From: Omnitrophica bacterium RIFCSPLOWO2_12_FULL_50_11
GTDB taxonomy: Bacteria; Omnitrophota; Omnitrophia; Omnitrophales; Danuiimicrobiaceae
NCBI GenBank assembly: GCA_001804315.1
Contig: MHFT01000050.1
Span: forward strand, 4,600-68,599
Direction of reading: 5' to 3'
Length of the DNA stretch: 64,000 nt
Shown here: one piece after another, positions 52,140 to 63,550 of the stretch
Numbering within the stretch: position 1 is the first letter of the stretch
How the letters are laid out: every line of letters starts with the position of its first letter
Position numbers and translations under genes: made by a program
Notes under the pieces: model-generated
The model's input: only the letters and a program-made list of their open reading frames with translations
Database searches by the model: none
What the model was told of the DNA's origin: nothing

Positions 52140-53085
52140 AGATTTGGTGGGCTTGAGGGATTTGACAGCTGAGGAGATCAATCTCGTTCTCGACACTGCG
52201 AAAGCGTTTCAGGAAATTTCGCTTCGTCCCGTGAAAAAAGTACCGACCCTTCGCGGCCGGACAGTCGCGAATCTTTTTTTTGAGCCGAGTACACGTACAC
52301 GAATTTCATTCGAGCTGGCGGAGAAGCGTTTGAGCGCCGATACGATTAACTTTACGAGCTCAAGTTCGAGTACCGTGAAAGGGGAAACGCTTCGAGATAC
52401 GGTGCTCAATATTGAGTCACTGAAGGTGGATATTATCGTCATGCGTCATTTTGCTTCGGGTGCACCGCATCGGCTCGCTCAAGCACTTCCTGTGAGTGTG
52501 ATCAATGCGGGTGATGGGATGAATGAACATCCAACGCAAGCACTGTTGGACATGTTTACGGTTCGGGAAAAGAAGGGAACGGTTGCCGGAATCAAAATTG
52601 CATTTGTGGGTGATATCTTGCACAGCCGAGTGGCGCGATCTAACGTTTGGGGCTTGACGAAACTTGGCGCACGCGTGACCCTCTGTGGACCTAGGACGCT
52701 TTTACCTAAGGGTGTGGAAACATTCGGCGTTCATGTCACGACTGATCTCGAAGAAGCAATCCATGATGCGGATGTGATCAATTTACTTCGGATTCAAGCG
52801 GAGCGGCAGAGCGAATGTTACTTTCCAAGTATCCGCGAATATGCGAATAACTACCAAATCAACCGCGAGGTGTTAAAGCACGCCAAGCCTGATGTGTTGA
52901 TCATGCATCCAGGCCCTGTCAACCGAGGTGTGGAAGTATCGAGCGATGTGATGGACGGCCCTTATTCGGTCATTCTCGATCAGGTGACGAACGGTCTTGC
53001 CGTGCGAATGGCGGTATTGTATCTCTTAAGCGGCGTCCGGAAAAAGAGGTGGGGAACAGTTCCTGTTTCGCCAAATCAGACATGA
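52126..53085 (+). CDS. pyrB: Aspartate carbamoyltransferase
   Basis: [18 protein letters not shown]. Confidence 0.97.
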   Translation: MWKRKDLVGLRDLTAEEINLVLDTAKAFQEISLRPVKKVPTLRGRTVANLFFEPSTRTRISFELAEKRLSADTINFTSSSSSTVKGETLRDTVLNIESLKVDIIVMRHFASGAPHRLAQALPVSVINAGDGMNEHPTQALLDMFTVREKKGTVAGIKIAFVGDILHSRVARSNVWGLTKLGARVTLCGPRTLLPKGVETFGVHVTTDLEEAIHDADVINLLRIQAERQSECYFPSIREYANNYQINREVLKHAKPDVLIMHPGPVNRGVEVSSDVMDGPYSVILDQVTNGLAVRMAVLYLLSGVRKKRWGTVPVSPNQT

Positions 53086-54416
53086 ACCTCCTAATTAAAC
53101 AAGTTCATATCATCGATCCGAAAAATGAAGTGGATGGCGTTTTTGATCTTTCGATTGAAAACAGCGTCGTCAGAGAAATCAATAAAGAAATTTCATCACA
53201 AGTAGGCGAAGTGATCGATGCGAAAGGCCTTTATCTGTTTCCTGGTTTGATCGATTTGCACGTTCATTTTCGTGAACCTGGTTATGAGCAGAAGGAAACC
53301 ATTCAAAGCGGCGCAAAAGCTGCTTTAAAAGGCGGATTTGTGGCGGCAGTCACGATGCCGAATACGAATCCACCCTGTGACCACCAAAGCGTCATTGACA
53401 ATATGATCCGAAAAGCGAACGAGGTGCCGTTTTACATTTATCCTGCCGCGACGTTGACGAAAAATCGAGCTGGTGGTGAGCTTTCTGAGATGGCGGATTT
53501 AAGGAAGGCAGGCGCCCGGGCGGTAACCGACGATGGAGATTGGATCAGTGATTCACTTCTGATGCGGCGGGCCATGGAATATGCCTCGATGCTGAATCTT
53601 TTGGTCGTTAGCCATGCTGAAGACAAGCGGCTCACGGCAATGGGGGCCATGAACGAGGGGATCATGTCCACTCAACTGGGTCTCAAAGGCATTCCGAACG
53701 CAAGCGAGGACGTGGCGGTAAGTCGAGACATTTTATTGGCGGAGCTCACGGGCGTACGGCTTCATTTAACTCATATCTCTACAAGAGGAGCGGTCGAGCA
53801 AATTCGACTGGCCAAAAAAAGAAAAATTTCGGTGACAGCTGATGTAACGCCCCATCACTTGACACTCACGGACGAGGCGCTCGCCGGTTACGATACAAAT
53901 TTTAAAATGATGCCGCCGTTAAGGACCGAGGCGGATCGGAAAGCGGTAGTCGACGGGCTCATAGACGGGACGATTGATGCGATTGCCACAGACCATGCGC
54001 CCCACACCGAAGAGGAGAAGATGGCGGAATTTCAAGATGCCCCAGTTGGCGTTACGGGACTGGAAACCGCTCTTGGGGTGGTGCTCACAGAGTTCTACCA
54101 CCGGAAGTTGATGGATCTAAACAGCGTCGTTCGACGGATGTCTGCGAATCCAGCGGAAATTTTGAAATTACCGCCTGGCTTTGGCGAGATCCGTGTTGGG
54201 ACAGAAGCAAACCTCACGCTCGTAGACGTCAATCAAGAATGGACGGTGAAGAAGGAAAACTTCGTTTCCAAGTCACAAAATTCTTGCTTCATCGGTAAGA
54301 AACTGAAAGGAAGAGCAGTTGCAACCATATGTCGCGGGCGGTTATGGCGCTTCGCCACACTGGTTCCTGAGGCGGTCGAGCAAGCACCGTTAAATCAATG
54401 CCGAAAGCAATCTTAG
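53082..54416 (+). CDS. pyrC: Dihydroorotase
   Basis: [17 protein letters not shown]. Confidence 0.95.
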   Translation: MNLLIKQVHIIDPKNEVDGVFDLSIENSVVREINKEISSQVGEVIDAKGLYLFPGLIDLHVHFREPGYEQKETIQSGAKAALKGGFVAAVTMPNTNPPCDHQSVIDNMIRKANEVPFYIYPAATLTKNRAGGELSEMADLRKAGARAVTDDGDWISDSLLMRRAMEYASMLNLLVVSHAEDKRLTAMGAMNEGIMSTQLGLKGIPNASEDVAVSRDILLAELTGVRLHLTHISTRGAVEQIRLAKKRKISVTADVTPHHLTLTDEALAGYDTNFKMMPPLRTEADRKAVVDGLIDGTIDAIATDHAPHTEEEKMAEFQDAPVGVTGLETALGVVLTEFYHRKLMDLNSVVRRMSANPAEILKLPPGFGEIRVGTEANLTLVDVNQEWTVKKENFVSKSQNSCFIGKKLKGRAVATICRGRLWRFATLVPEAVEQAPLNQCRKQS

Positions 54417-55546
54417 GGTTAGAAGACGGGCTTGTCTTTGAAGGGAGTTCCTTTGGTGTGGAAGGGGAAGCCTACGGCGAGGTCGTCTTTAACACCTCGA
54501 TGTCGGGTTACCAGGAAATTTTGACCGACCCTTCCTACAAAGGACAGATTGTAACGATGACAAATCCGCACATCGGTAACTACGGTGTCAACCAAGCCGA
54601 TGTCGAGTCGCGGCGACCTTGGGTGGAAGGTTTTGTCGTGCGGGAACTGAGCTCGGTTGTGAGTAACTGGCGTTCCGAAATGTCACTTCCTGAGTATCTG
54701 GCCAACTGCAAGATCATCGGCATTCAAGGGATCGACACTCGAAAGCTTGTCAAACACCTAAGAGATCATGGCGCGAAGAAAGGGGTGCTTTCCACCGTTG
54801 ATCTCGATTCCAAACGCCTCGTCGTGAAGGCAAAAGATTCTCCCAGTATAGTCGGCATCGATCTTGTGAAAGAAGTGACATGTGAGAAGCCATACGATTT
54901 TCGTGAAACCCTGCCCAGTGAATTTCATTGGCCCGCTAAAGGCATGTCCACCTCTTATGCTGGGCCCAAGCGGCGTGAGCATTTTATCGTTTGTGTGGAT
55001 GGTGGAATCAAATGGAACATGTTACGGAAGCTCAATCAACACAACTTCCGCGTAAGAGTGGTTCCAGCCAATACGACTGCGGAAGATATTTTGGAACTAA
55101 AACCGGAAGGTGTTTTTTATTCAAACGGCCCTGGCGATCCGGAACCCGTAACGTATTTGTGGGGCGAGATGCGTAAGCTGATTGGAAAAATTCCGATTTT
55201 TGGGATTTGTCTTGGCCATCAGATGGTCGGTCTTGCGCTCGGCGGAAGGACATTCAAGTTGAAATTCGGCCACCGGGGCGGCAATCATCCGGTCCTGGAT
55301 TTGAAATCGAAACGGGTAGAAATCACCTCTCAGAACCACGGCTTTTGTGTCGACATGGATTCCCTTCCTAAGGATGAAATCGAGTGTACGCACATCAACT
55401 TAAATGATCAGACTCTTGAAGGCCTTCGACACAAGAAGTATCCCCTTTTTGCCGTTCAGTACCATCCGGAAAATTCTCCAGGACCTCACGATTCAGATTA
55501 TTTGTTCAGTCGTTTTTACGCTATGGTTGACCATGGCGTGTGGTGA
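54398..55546 (+). CDS. carA: Carbamoyl-phosphate synthase small chain
   Basis: GYQE.LTDPSY, SNGPGDP, GICLGHQ, QYHPE. Confidence 0.97.
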   Translation: MPKAILGLEDGLVFEGSSFGVEGEAYGEVVFNTSMSGYQEILTDPSYKGQIVTMTNPHIGNYGVNQADVESRRPWVEGFVVRELSSVVSNWRSEMSLPEYLANCKIIGIQGIDTRKLVKHLRDHGAKKGVLSTVDLDSKRLVVKAKDSPSIVGIDLVKEVTCEKPYDFRETLPSEFHWPAKGMSTSYAGPKRREHFIVCVDGGIKWNMLRKLNQHNFRVRVVPANTTAEDILELKPEGVFYSNGPGDPEPVTYLWGEMRKLIGKIPIFGICLGHQMVGLALGGRTFKLKFGHRGGNHPVLDLKSKRVEITSQNHGFCVDMDSLPKDEIECTHINLNDQTLEGLRHKKYPLFAVQYHPENSPGPHDSDYLFSRFYAMVDHGVW

Positions 55547-55561
55547 AGGAAGCCTCGTTTT

Positions 55562-58500
55562 ATGCCAAAACGGACGGATATTAAGAAAATCCTGATCATT
55601 GGTTCCGGACCCATTATCATTGGGCAGGGGTGTGAGTTTGACTATTCAGGTTCGCAAGCCTGCAAGGCTCTTAGAGAAGAAAGCTATCAAGTTGTGCTCG
55701 TCAATTCAAATCCAGCCACGATCATGACGGATCCCGAAGTTGCTGATCGAACGTACATTGAGCCGATTACGTCCGAAGTGTTAGAGCAAATTATCGAGCG
55801 GGAACGTCCAGACGCGTGCCTCGCGACCATGGGTGGCCAAACCGGTCTCAACACGGCGGTGGAAGCGTATGAAAAAGGGATTTTTGACCGCTATGGCGTA
55901 GAAATGATCGGGGTGAATTATGCAGCCGTGAAGAAGGCAGAGGACCGACACGAGTTCCAACAGGCGATGCAACGTATCGGCCTTGATTTGCCGCGTTCCG
56001 AATGCGCCTATTCGGTGGAGGAAGCGATCGAAGCCGCGAAACGAATCGGTTTTCCCGTCGTCGTACGGCCAAGCTTTACCCTCGGCGGTTCTGGAAGCGG
56101 CATTTGCTTTAATGAGGACAGCCTTCGGCGAGTCGTCCGGCTCGGCCTGGAATACAGCATCGTGCGTGAAGTACTCATTGAAGAATCGGTTTTGGGTTGG
56201 AAAGAATATGAGCTTGAGGTGATGCGAGACTGTAGGGATAATTTTGTCGTCATTTGTTCCATTGAAAATTTCGATCCGATGGGAATTCATACGGGCGATT
56301 CGATTACGGTTGCGCCGGCTCAGACGCTTACCGATAAGGAGTATCAGAGAATGCGGGACGCCGCGCGGAGGGTCATCTCTGAAATCGGGGTGGAGACAGG
56401 CGGTTCGAATATTCAGTTTGCTGTTCATCCGGTGACGGGCCGTATGGTTGTGATTGAAATGAATCCGCGCGTTTCTCGGTCTTCAGCGCTTGCCTCTAAA
56501 GCGACTGGGTTTCCCATCGCAAAATTTGCAGCGAAGCTTGCCGTTGGGATGACCTTGGATGAGATTCCGAATGACATTACGAAATACACGCCCGCCGGTT
56601 TCGAACCGAGTATCGATTACTGCGTCGTCAAGGTTCCTCGATTTGCCTTTGAAAAGTTTGAGGGGGTAGACGACACGCTTTCGACACAGATGAAGTCTGT
56701 GGGAGAAACGATGGCGATCGGCAGGACTTTCAAGGAAGCGCTTCAAAAGGGCCTGCGGGGCCTCGAGATCAGGAGAAGTGGTCTTGGCGGCGACGGCCGT
56801 GACGAAATTTTTGGCGAAGAAATCAGTTCAAAGGAAGCGTTGTTGAAATTGATAGACCGCGCGAAGCAAGATGAACCCCTTCGAGAAAAGATTGCGGAGT
56901 ATCTCCGTATTCCAAAATCGGATCGACCATTTTATATTAAGTACGCCTTTTACGCAGGTCTGACCTCGCAAGAAATATTTGAGCTTACGAAGATCGATCC
57001 ATGGTTTCTGGAGCAGATCAGACAAATCGTCGAGATGGAAAGAGAATTGTTGTCTGTAGGGGCGCACGGCCGTGCGCCCCTACTCCTGCTACGCAAAGCG
57101 AAACAATTCGGCTTCTCCGATCAGCAAATTGCGTTCTACTGGGATCAAACGGAATCTGATATTCGTGCACTTCGCAGAGCGCACGGAATCGAGGCCGTCT
57201 ATAAACTCGTAGATACTTGCGCTGCGGAATTCAAGGCGTACACGCCGTACTTTTATTCGACCTATGAGGAGGAAGACGAGTCCGTTACAAGTGAAAAGAA
57301 AAAAATTATGATCCTCGGAGGAGGTCCCAACCGAATTGGACAAGGGATCGAATTCGACTACTGTTGTGTTCACGCGGCACTTGCGTTAAAAGAACTAGGC
57401 TATGAAACCATTATGGTGAATTCAAACCCCGAGACGGTCAGCACGGATTACGACACATCGGATAAACTTTTTTTTGAGCCGCTCACACTGGAGGACGTTT
57501 TAAACATAGCGGATCGTGAGAAACCGGACGGCCTCGTTGTTCAACTCGGGGGCCAAACCCCGCTTAATCTCTCGAGCGGCTTAGAAGCGGCCGGCCTCAA
57601 GATTTTGGGGACGTCTACGCGGTCGATTTATATGGCGGAGGATCGGAAGCAGTTTCGGGCCCTGCTCGACAAACTCGGAGTCCGGCAGCCAAAAAGCGAA
57701 ACCGTTTTTACAGCGGAGGAAGCCTTTCAGGTTGCTCAAGCCATTGGTTACCCGGTTCTGATCCGGCCTTCTTTTGTCCTAGGTGGGCGTGCGATGGAGA
57801 TTATTTATGATGACGTACAGCTGAAAAAATACATCCGGCATGCGGTAGAAGCAAGCGACAGAAAGCCGGTCCTGATTGACAAGTTTTTAGAAAATGCAAT
57901 AGAGGTGGACGTCGATCTCATTGGAGACGGGAAAAATTTTGTCGTGGGAGGAGTTCTGGAGCACATAGAAGAAGCAGGCGTTCATTCGGGCGATGCGGCG
58001 ATGGCACTTCCTCCGTTTACGCTTTCAAAAAAATTGATTTCCGAGCTCAAGGAAAAAACAAAACAACTCGCGGCTGAACTCGACATCGTCGGCTTAATGA
58101 ATGTCCAATACGCTATTCAAGATGGCGAGATTTATTGTTTGGAGGTAAACCCGCGGGCTTCTCGGACCGTGCCTTTCGTGAGTAAGGCCATTGGTATTCC
58201 ACTCGCGAAACTTGCTGCGAAAGTGATGATCGGCAAAACGCTCAAAGAGCTTGGGTTTACGGAGGAGGTGGTGCCGCGCCATTTTTCGGTCAAAGAGTCT
58301 GTCTTTCCATTTGTGAAGTTTCCCGGTGTGGATATCATCCTGTCACCGGAGATGAAATCAACGGGCGAGGTGATGGCGATTGATGAAGATTTTGACCTCG
58401 CGGTCTACAAATCCCAGCAGGCGGCATACTGCAGCGTTCCTGTTTCAGGGCGGGTGTTTATCAGCGTCAAGGATGAGGACAAAAAAAAGGTGGTTCCGGT

Positions 58501-58879
58501 AGCCCAAGAGCTTTTGCGGCTTGGATACGAGCTTGTGTCGACGCAGGGCACAAGTCGGGTTTTGGAAGCCCACGGTGTAAAAACCGAAGTCGTGAAGAAG
58601 ATTGCTGAAGGGCATCCGAATGTGGCCGACAAAATTCGGGCGAAAGAAATCGGTCTCGTCATTAACACGCCAACCGGTAAGGGGCCGATGTTGGATGAAG
58701 CAAAGATCCGTTCTCTCGCTGTTTCGTTTAACATTCCTTGTATTACGACATTGAACGCAGCCCGCGCCATTGTGCGTGCTGTGAAGTCATTCCGCAAGCG
58801 TGGACTGACTGTCAAGTCACTCCAAGAGTATCACGAATTGAACAGCAACGTCATTGCGAGGACGCAATTCAGGCGATGA
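55562..58879 (+). CDS. carB: Carbamoyl-phosphate synthase large chain
   Basis: MPKRTD, EFDYSG, two ATP-grasp halves, MGS domain. Confidence 0.98.
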   Translation: MPKRTDIKKILIIGSGPIIIGQGCEFDYSGSQACKALREESYQVVLVNSNPATIMTDPEVADRTYIEPITSEVLEQIIERERPDACLATMGGQTGLNTAVEAYEKGIFDRYGVEMIGVNYAAVKKAEDRHEFQQAMQRIGLDLPRSECAYSVEEAIEAAKRIGFPVVVRPSFTLGGSGSGICFNEDSLRRVVRLGLEYSIVREVLIEESVLGWKEYELEVMRDCRDNFVVICSIENFDPMGIHTGDSITVAPAQTLTDKEYQRMRDAARRVISEIGVETGGSNIQFAVHPVTGRMVVIEMNPRVSRSSALASKATGFPIAKFAAKLAVGMTLDEIPNDITKYTPAGFEPSIDYCVVKVPRFAFEKFEGVDDTLSTQMKSVGETMAIGRTFKEALQKGLRGLEIRRSGLGGDGRDEIFGEEISSKEALLKLIDRAKQDEPLREKIAEYLRIPKSDRPFYIKYAFYAGLTSQEIFELTKIDPWFLEQIRQIVEMERELLSVGAHGRAPLLLLRKAKQFGFSDQQIAFYWDQTESDIRALRRAHGIEAVYKLVDTCAAEFKAYTPYFYSTYEEEDESVTSEKKKIMILGGGPNRIGQGIEFDYCCVHAALALKELGYETIMVNSNPETVSTDYDTSDKLFFEPLTLEDVLNIADREKPDGLVVQLGGQTPLNLSSGLEAAGLKILGTSTRSIYMAEDRKQFRALLDKLGVRQPKSETVFTAEEAFQVAQAIGYPVLIRPSFVLGGRAMEIIYDDVQLKKYIRHAVEASDRKPVLIDKFLENAIEVDVDLIGDGKNFVVGGVLEHIEEAGVHSGDAAMALPPFTLSKKLISELKEKTKQLAAELDIVGLMNVQYAIQDGEIYCLEVNPRASRTVPFVSKAIGIPLAKLAAKVMIGKTLKELGFTEEVVPRHFSVKESVFPFVKFPGVDIILSPEMKSTGEVMAIDEDFDLAVYKSQQAAYCSVPVSGRVFISVKDEDKKKVVPVAQELLRLGYELVSTQGTSRVLEAHGVKTEVVKKIAEGHPNVADKIRAKEIGLVINTPTGKGPMLDEAKIRSLAVSFNIPCITTLNAARAIVRAVKSFRKRGLTVKSLQEYHELNSNVIARTQFRR
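57056..57083. repeat. GTAG-type REP palindrome inside carB
   Basis: Perfect 28-bp palindrome GTAGGGGCGCACGGCCGTGCGCCCCTAC. Confidence 0.85.
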
Positions 58880-58942
58880 CGAAGCAATCTTGCATTCTGA
58901 GATTGCTTCGGCAATGCTCCGGTACGCTGCCTCGCAATGACG
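58849..58942. repeat. CGTC-type palindrome dimer across the carB/pyrK junction
   Basis: cgtcattgcgagg...gaagcaatc..gattgcttc...cctcgcaatgacg. Confidence 0.85.
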
Positions 58943-59731
58943 GACGTGGATGAAAAGGTCATGTATGACGAAACAGTAACGATTCTTGAGAATCAAAAAG
59001 TGAACGCTCAATATTACAAGCTTGTTTTTTCCTCCAAGCGGATTTCCCGGCGCGTTCGAGCTGGTCAATTCGTCAATCTTCAAGTTGAAGACAGTTCAGA
59101 TCCACTGCTCAGAAGGCCGCTGAGTTACTACCGGGTGCGCAGTGAGCGGGTCGAACTTCTGTATGAAGTGTTAGGGCGGGGCACGGCACTCTTAGCGCAA
59201 AAAAAACGAGGTCACAAAGTTAACGTGTTGGGGCCGCTTGGCCACCCTTTTTCACAGACTCTAAACGGGAAGCGCCGCCTCCTCGTGGGCGGCGGTGTTG
59301 GCGTTCCACCCCTTTTGTTTCTTGCAGAGCACGCCGGTAGGGAAAAGCACGCACCGGTTTTTCTGATTGGCTGTAAGTCAAAGGGCGAAGTACTTCCAAA
59401 GCGGGAACTTTCGAATGTGAAGGGAGAAGTTCTCTACGCCACGGAGGATGGTTCCTACGGCCAAAGAGGACTCGTTACCGTTTTGCTTCAAAAGTTGCTT
59501 GAAAAAGGGGATCCCAAATCGTGGTTTATTCAAACGTGTGGTCCCCATGCGATGCTGGCTGCTGTGATGAAGCTGGCGCGTCAATTTGGCGTTGAAGGCG
59601 AAGCTTCCATTGATGAGCGAATGGCTTGTGGTGTCGGTGCCTGTTTGGGATGTGTTGTCGAGACGAGAGAAGGATTTAAAACGAGCTGTGTAGAAGGCCC
59701 GGTATTTTCATTTCGTGATTTGGTAGGATAG
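58937..59731 (+). CDS. pyrK: Dihydroorotate dehydrogenase electron-transfer subunit
   Basis: LRRPLS, GGGVGVPP, CGP, MACGVGACLGC, CVEGPVF. Confidence 0.95.
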   Translation: MTDVDEKVMYDETVTILENQKVNAQYYKLVFSSKRISRRVRAGQFVNLQVEDSSDPLLRRPLSYYRVRSERVELLYEVLGRGTALLAQKKRGHKVNVLGPLGHPFSQTLNGKRRLLVGGGVGVPPLLFLAEHAGREKHAPVFLIGCKSKGEVLPKRELSNVKGEVLYATEDGSYGQRGLVTVLLQKLLEKGDPKSWFIQTCGPHAMLAAVMKLARQFGVEGEASIDERMACGVGACLGCVVETREGFKTSCVEGPVFSFRDLVG

Positions 59732-59771
59732 GAGCAGCAGAAAGGACAAAAAGGTCGTAATTTGGTGGCAT

Positions 59772-60992
59772 ATGAGTAGACGAAGACGAACGCAAAGACG
59801 GTCTCTGAAGAGGCGAAGCCGGCGAAGACCGAAATTGAGACGTCCATACCGTTTCATGAGAAAACGTCTGCGGAAGATAAGACGTGCGGGAACGAGAAGC
59901 TCAACACGGTCGGAACGTGCAATCTCAGTAGGTGTCGAACTTGAAACGTATTCTATCTCAGTGCCTGAGTACCGGATTTCGCGCGAGCTGCATTTCCCCC
60001 GGCGCGGCATTGCAGAGTTGGGTGAGCGCTTTACGAAAGATGCCAGTATTGGAAGCGAGTACAACAGTAGGGTTTTTTATACCGTTCGGGAAGCGTTCTT
60101 CTTACTTAAAAATGGTCTGCGCAAGTACATTCACTACCGATCCTCGCCCGAAGAACATGATTACCGCACTTTGTTTCCCATTGGGGGATGGACAGACCGA
60201 TTTGCAGGCAGCCACATTCACATGGCGCTTGGAAAGAAAAAGTTTGAGTATCGTCGCGCGCGGTTGCTTGCACGGCGCTTGCACAGCCATATTCCGTTTC
60301 TCATTGCCCTCTGCGGAAATTCACCCGTATGGCGCGACCGGATTACTGCGATCAATTCGAATCGATTGCTCCGCGGGACAGAGAAATATTGCAAGGTAAC
60401 AAGACGGGAGCTCTTGTACAAGCACCACTACCGAGAGCTGACGTATAACGAAGGCGGAAAAAGGAAACCGCCGACTTTGGAAATTCGCGTGTTGGACTCA
60501 GGAATTCCCGAATACGTTGTCGCCGCTATTTGCGTTGTGAAAGCGGTCGCCCTTCAGTGGCTCGAGCGAAAACCGAGCTTAAATCATTTGACCCATGAAG
60601 ATTATCTGAGTGCTCGGGATCAGGCGATCCGGTATGGGCCAAAAGCCAAGCTGTTGTGGAACCGTCATGCACTTACGGTTCCTCAATATGTGGACCTTTT
60701 TTTCCGAAAATATGAAGACGAGCTGGACCAGCTGGCCATCCCGGATGACGTCATCGATGTCTTTAAATATCTCAAGAGAGGATGGAATCAGTCGACCGTG
60801 ATCCGCAGAGCAGCCCAGAAGTCCAGATGGCATCATCGTCCGACTTGGGAACGGCGTTTTGCCAAGAGATACGCAGCTGCTATTCGGGCGCTTCTTGACG
60901 GCAACTCCTATACTGAATTTGCAAAAGCCTTGGGGGTACGGCTCCCGAGCATCGAGCGAACGTGGATGGGTCGTAGAGAATCTAAATGGTGA
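59772..60992 (+). CDS. COOH-NH2 ligase superfamily protein (GCS2/amidoligase-like) with Arg-rich N-terminus
   Basis: GVELE, DASIGSEY.S, GSHIH, ALCGNSP, TLEIR. Confidence 0.72.
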   Translation: MSRRRRTQRRSLKRRSRRRPKLRRPYRFMRKRLRKIRRAGTRSSTRSERAISVGVELETYSISVPEYRISRELHFPRRGIAELGERFTKDASIGSEYNSRVFYTVREAFFLLKNGLRKYIHYRSSPEEHDYRTLFPIGGWTDRFAGSHIHMALGKKKFEYRRARLLARRLHSHIPFLIALCGNSPVWRDRITAINSNRLLRGTEKYCKVTRRELLYKHHYRELTYNEGGKRKPPTLEIRVLDSGIPEYVVAAICVVKAVALQWLERKPSLNHLTHEDYLSARDQAIRYGPKAKLLWNRHALTVPQYVDLFFRKYEDELDQLAIPDDVIDVFKYLKRGWNQSTVIRRAAQKSRWHHRPTWERRFAKRYAAAIRALLDGNSYTEFAKALGVRLPSIERTWMGRRESKW

Positions 60993-61058
60993 AAAGGCGG
61001 CGTCATTTCTCGGCACTGCGATGAGCGGCCGCATCTGGATGACAGGTAGGCACAACTC

Positions 61059-61787
61059 ATGAAATACTCGAGGCAGACAGGCAAACCGATCATCGGGATC
61101 AGCTGTGAAGTGATCAAGCTGAAACCGTATTATTTTGAGTTTGAACTTGCCTGTGATTACCGCTACATCCGAGCAATCTTACGGGCTGGCGGAATTCCAC
61201 TCATGCTTCCGATTAATCACAATCCAAGGGATGTGATGAAGCTCCTCCGAACGATCGACGGCCTCCTCATTATCGGAGGTGCCGACATTCCGCCGAGTTT
61301 CTATGGCGAGCGGAATCGGCACAAGATCAAGCCGATGTATCGAGGCCGGATCCGATTTGATATGAAGCTCTACCGAATGGCACAGCACTTGAAACTGCCT
61401 ATTCTTTGTATCTGCTACGGGTTGCAGCTCTTGAATGTGATTTACGGCGGCACTCTTTATCAAGATCTTCAAAAGCAGATGCGTCGTGCAAAGAATCACC
61501 AGTCGAGGCGCCATCCGATGCACACCCTTCACCTTGATCAAAGGTCCAAACTCATTAAAATCTTTAGACATCAGCATTTCATGGTACACAGTCAACATCA
61601 TCAGGCCGTCAAGCGCCTCGGCCGTTCGCTCCGGGCGGTCGGTTATTCGCCAGATGGAGTGGTTGAGGCGGTCGAAGGACCGCCTCGAACGCTTGCCGTC
61701 CAGTGGCATCCGGAGCGCCAAGATCGCGATCCGATCCAGAAACGGCTATTTCGTCGATTCGTAGACGAGTGCCGAAAGCGCAAATGA
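61059..61787 (+). CDS. Peptidase C26 gamma-glutamyl hydrolase (PuuD-like)
   Basis: KPIIGI, GGADI.P.FYG, CICYG, S.HHQ, VQWHPE. Confidence 0.9.
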   Translation: MKYSRQTGKPIIGISCEVIKLKPYYFEFELACDYRYIRAILRAGGIPLMLPINHNPRDVMKLLRTIDGLLIIGGADIPPSFYGERNRHKIKPMYRGRIRFDMKLYRMAQHLKLPILCICYGLQLLNVIYGGTLYQDLQKQMRRAKNHQSRRHPMHTLHLDQRSKLIKIFRHQHFMVHSQHHQAVKRLGRSLRAVGYSPDGVVEAVEGPPRTLAVQWHPERQDRDPIQKRLFRRFVDECRKRK

Positions 61788-62731
61788 GACCAGATTTAAC
61801 GACAAAATTTGCAGGTCTCACGTTCAAAAATCCTGTGACCGTTGCCTCGGGAACTTTTGGTTCCAAAGATGAATATGCCGCCTCCGTTGACTATTCCAAA
61901 TTGGGCGCGGTGGTAACGAAGACCGTGACGCTCCAACCGAGGCAAGGCAATCCCATGCCGCGGATTTGGGAAACGCCGTGCGGCATGCTCAATGCAATTG
62001 GGTTACAAAATAAGGGCGTTGACGATTTCATCGAAAACAAGATTCCATACTTTAAGAAAATAAGGACCCATCTGATTGTCAATATTGCAGGTGAGAGTGT
62101 AGATGATTTCGTGGCCCTTGCGCGAAAGTTGGACCGCGTAAAAGGTGTATCGGCGCTCGAACTTAATATTTCTTGCCCCAATGTGAAGCGAGGTCTTGAG
62201 TTTTGCGCAAAGCCTGAACTGGCCCATGAAGTAGTGGCGGCGGTCAAAGGTGCGACGTCACTGCCGTTCTTTACCAAACTTTCGCCTGAAGCAGGCGATT
62301 TTTTGGGTGTCGCCGAAGCAGTGATTCGAGCGGGCAGTCACGCTTTGAGTCTCATCAATACGATCCGAGGGATGGCTGTGGATATTGAAAAACGCCGCCC
62401 CCAGATTGCCAATGTGTGTGGCGGCTTAAGCGGTCCTGCCATTCGGCCGATCGCGCTTCGTTTTCTGTATGAAGTGAAACGTCACTTTGAGATTCCAGTG
62501 ATGGCGATGGGAGGTATCGCTACGGCGCAAGACGCCCTTGAATTTTTGATTACCGGTGCGGATCTTGTTGCACTTGGTACCGTCAATTTTGTTCATCCCA
62601 AGGCGACGATGGAGGTTCTCAAAGGAATCGAAGCCTATCTGAAAAGGAAAGGTCATCCATCGATTGACGATGTTCGGGGTACCCTTCAAGTCAAATCTGA
62701 GTTTGAAAACCACCACGTGCCCGCGGGTTAA
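61784..62731 (+). CDS. pyrD: Dihydroorotate dehydrogenase (family 1B)
   Basis: ASGTFG, NAIGLQN, NISCPN, GGLSGPAI. Confidence 0.95.
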   Translation: MRPDLTTKFAGLTFKNPVTVASGTFGSKDEYAASVDYSKLGAVVTKTVTLQPRQGNPMPRIWETPCGMLNAIGLQNKGVDDFIENKIPYFKKIRTHLIVNIAGESVDDFVALARKLDRVKGVSALELNISCPNVKRGLEFCAKPELAHEVVAAVKGATSLPFFTKLSPEAGDFLGVAEAVIRAGSHALSLINTIRGMAVDIEKRRPQIANVCGGLSGPAIRPIALRFLYEVKRHFEIPVMAMGGIATAQDALEFLITGADLVALGTVNFVHPKATMEVLKGIEAYLKRKGHPSIDDVRGTLQVKSEFENHHVPAG

Positions 62732-62751
62732 CCCCGCCGCTTTGAGGGAAA

Positions 62752-63492
62752 ATGGGACGAAAAGACATGCGCGAAAAGAAATCCAATTACAAAGGGCGGA
62801 TCATTGTTGCGCTCGATACGCCGGATCTTGGTTTTGCGAAAAAGCTGGTTCGCATCCTCAAGGACGAGATTAAAATCTTCAAGGTCGGAAGCGAGCTCAT
62901 GACTGCCCATGGTCCGAGAGCGGTCCGGACCGTTCTCGAGTTAGGTGCGGAAGTCTTTTTGGACCTTAAGTTTCATGACATTCCCAATACCGTCGCGCAA
63001 GCAACGCGCGCCGCGGTACGGCTTGGCATTTGCATGCTAAACCTCCACGTAGCGGGGGGCCTTCAAATGATGCAAGAGGCCTGTATTGCTTCTGCAGATG
63101 AGGCACGGAGAAACAATTTAAAGCCGCCCAAACTTCTTGGTGTTACGCTCCTCACGAGCTTAAGCGATGAGGAAGTACACGAGGAAATCGGCCTTCCAAA
63201 ATCGATCAATCGAATTGCCGTTCAATATGCGCAGCTGGCTCAAAAGGCTGGCTTGGACGGCGTCGTCTCCTCTGCGCTGGAAGCAAGAAAGATCAAGACC
63301 CAGTGCGGCCCGAATTTTTTGGTCGTCTCGCCGGGGATTCGGCCGGAATGGGCTGGCCGGGACGATCAGAGGCGCGTTTTGTCACCGCGAGAAGCCTTCG
63401 AGCTTGGCGCGAGTTACATCGTTATCGGTCGTCCGATTACGGAAGCAGACGATCCTGGCAAGGCTATCCGGCAAATTTCAAGAAGTTTGTGA
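62752..63492 (+). CDS. pyrF: Orotidine-5'-phosphate decarboxylase
   Basis: ALD, DLKFHDIPNT, PGIRP, DQ.R, GRPI. Confidence 0.96.
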   Translation: MGRKDMREKKSNYKGRIIVALDTPDLGFAKKLVRILKDEIKIFKVGSELMTAHGPRAVRTVLELGAEVFLDLKFHDIPNTVAQATRAAVRLGICMLNLHVAGGLQMMQEACIASADEARRNNLKPPKLLGVTLLTSLSDEEVHEEIGLPKSINRIAVQYAQLAQKAGLDGVVSSALEARKIKTQCGPNFLVVSPGIRPEWAGRDDQRRVLSPREAFELGASYIVIGRPITEADDPGKAIRQISRSL

Positions 63493-63550
63493 CCGTTGCT
63501 GTACCGCTCCTTTTGGCAGGTTGTCTGTGGAGAGCGAATAGGAAACCGCG

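Noticed and set aside
55781-56428. Long antisense ORFs within carB, groEL, dnaE and typA
   Set aside because: Shadow frames of conserved genes with no motifs
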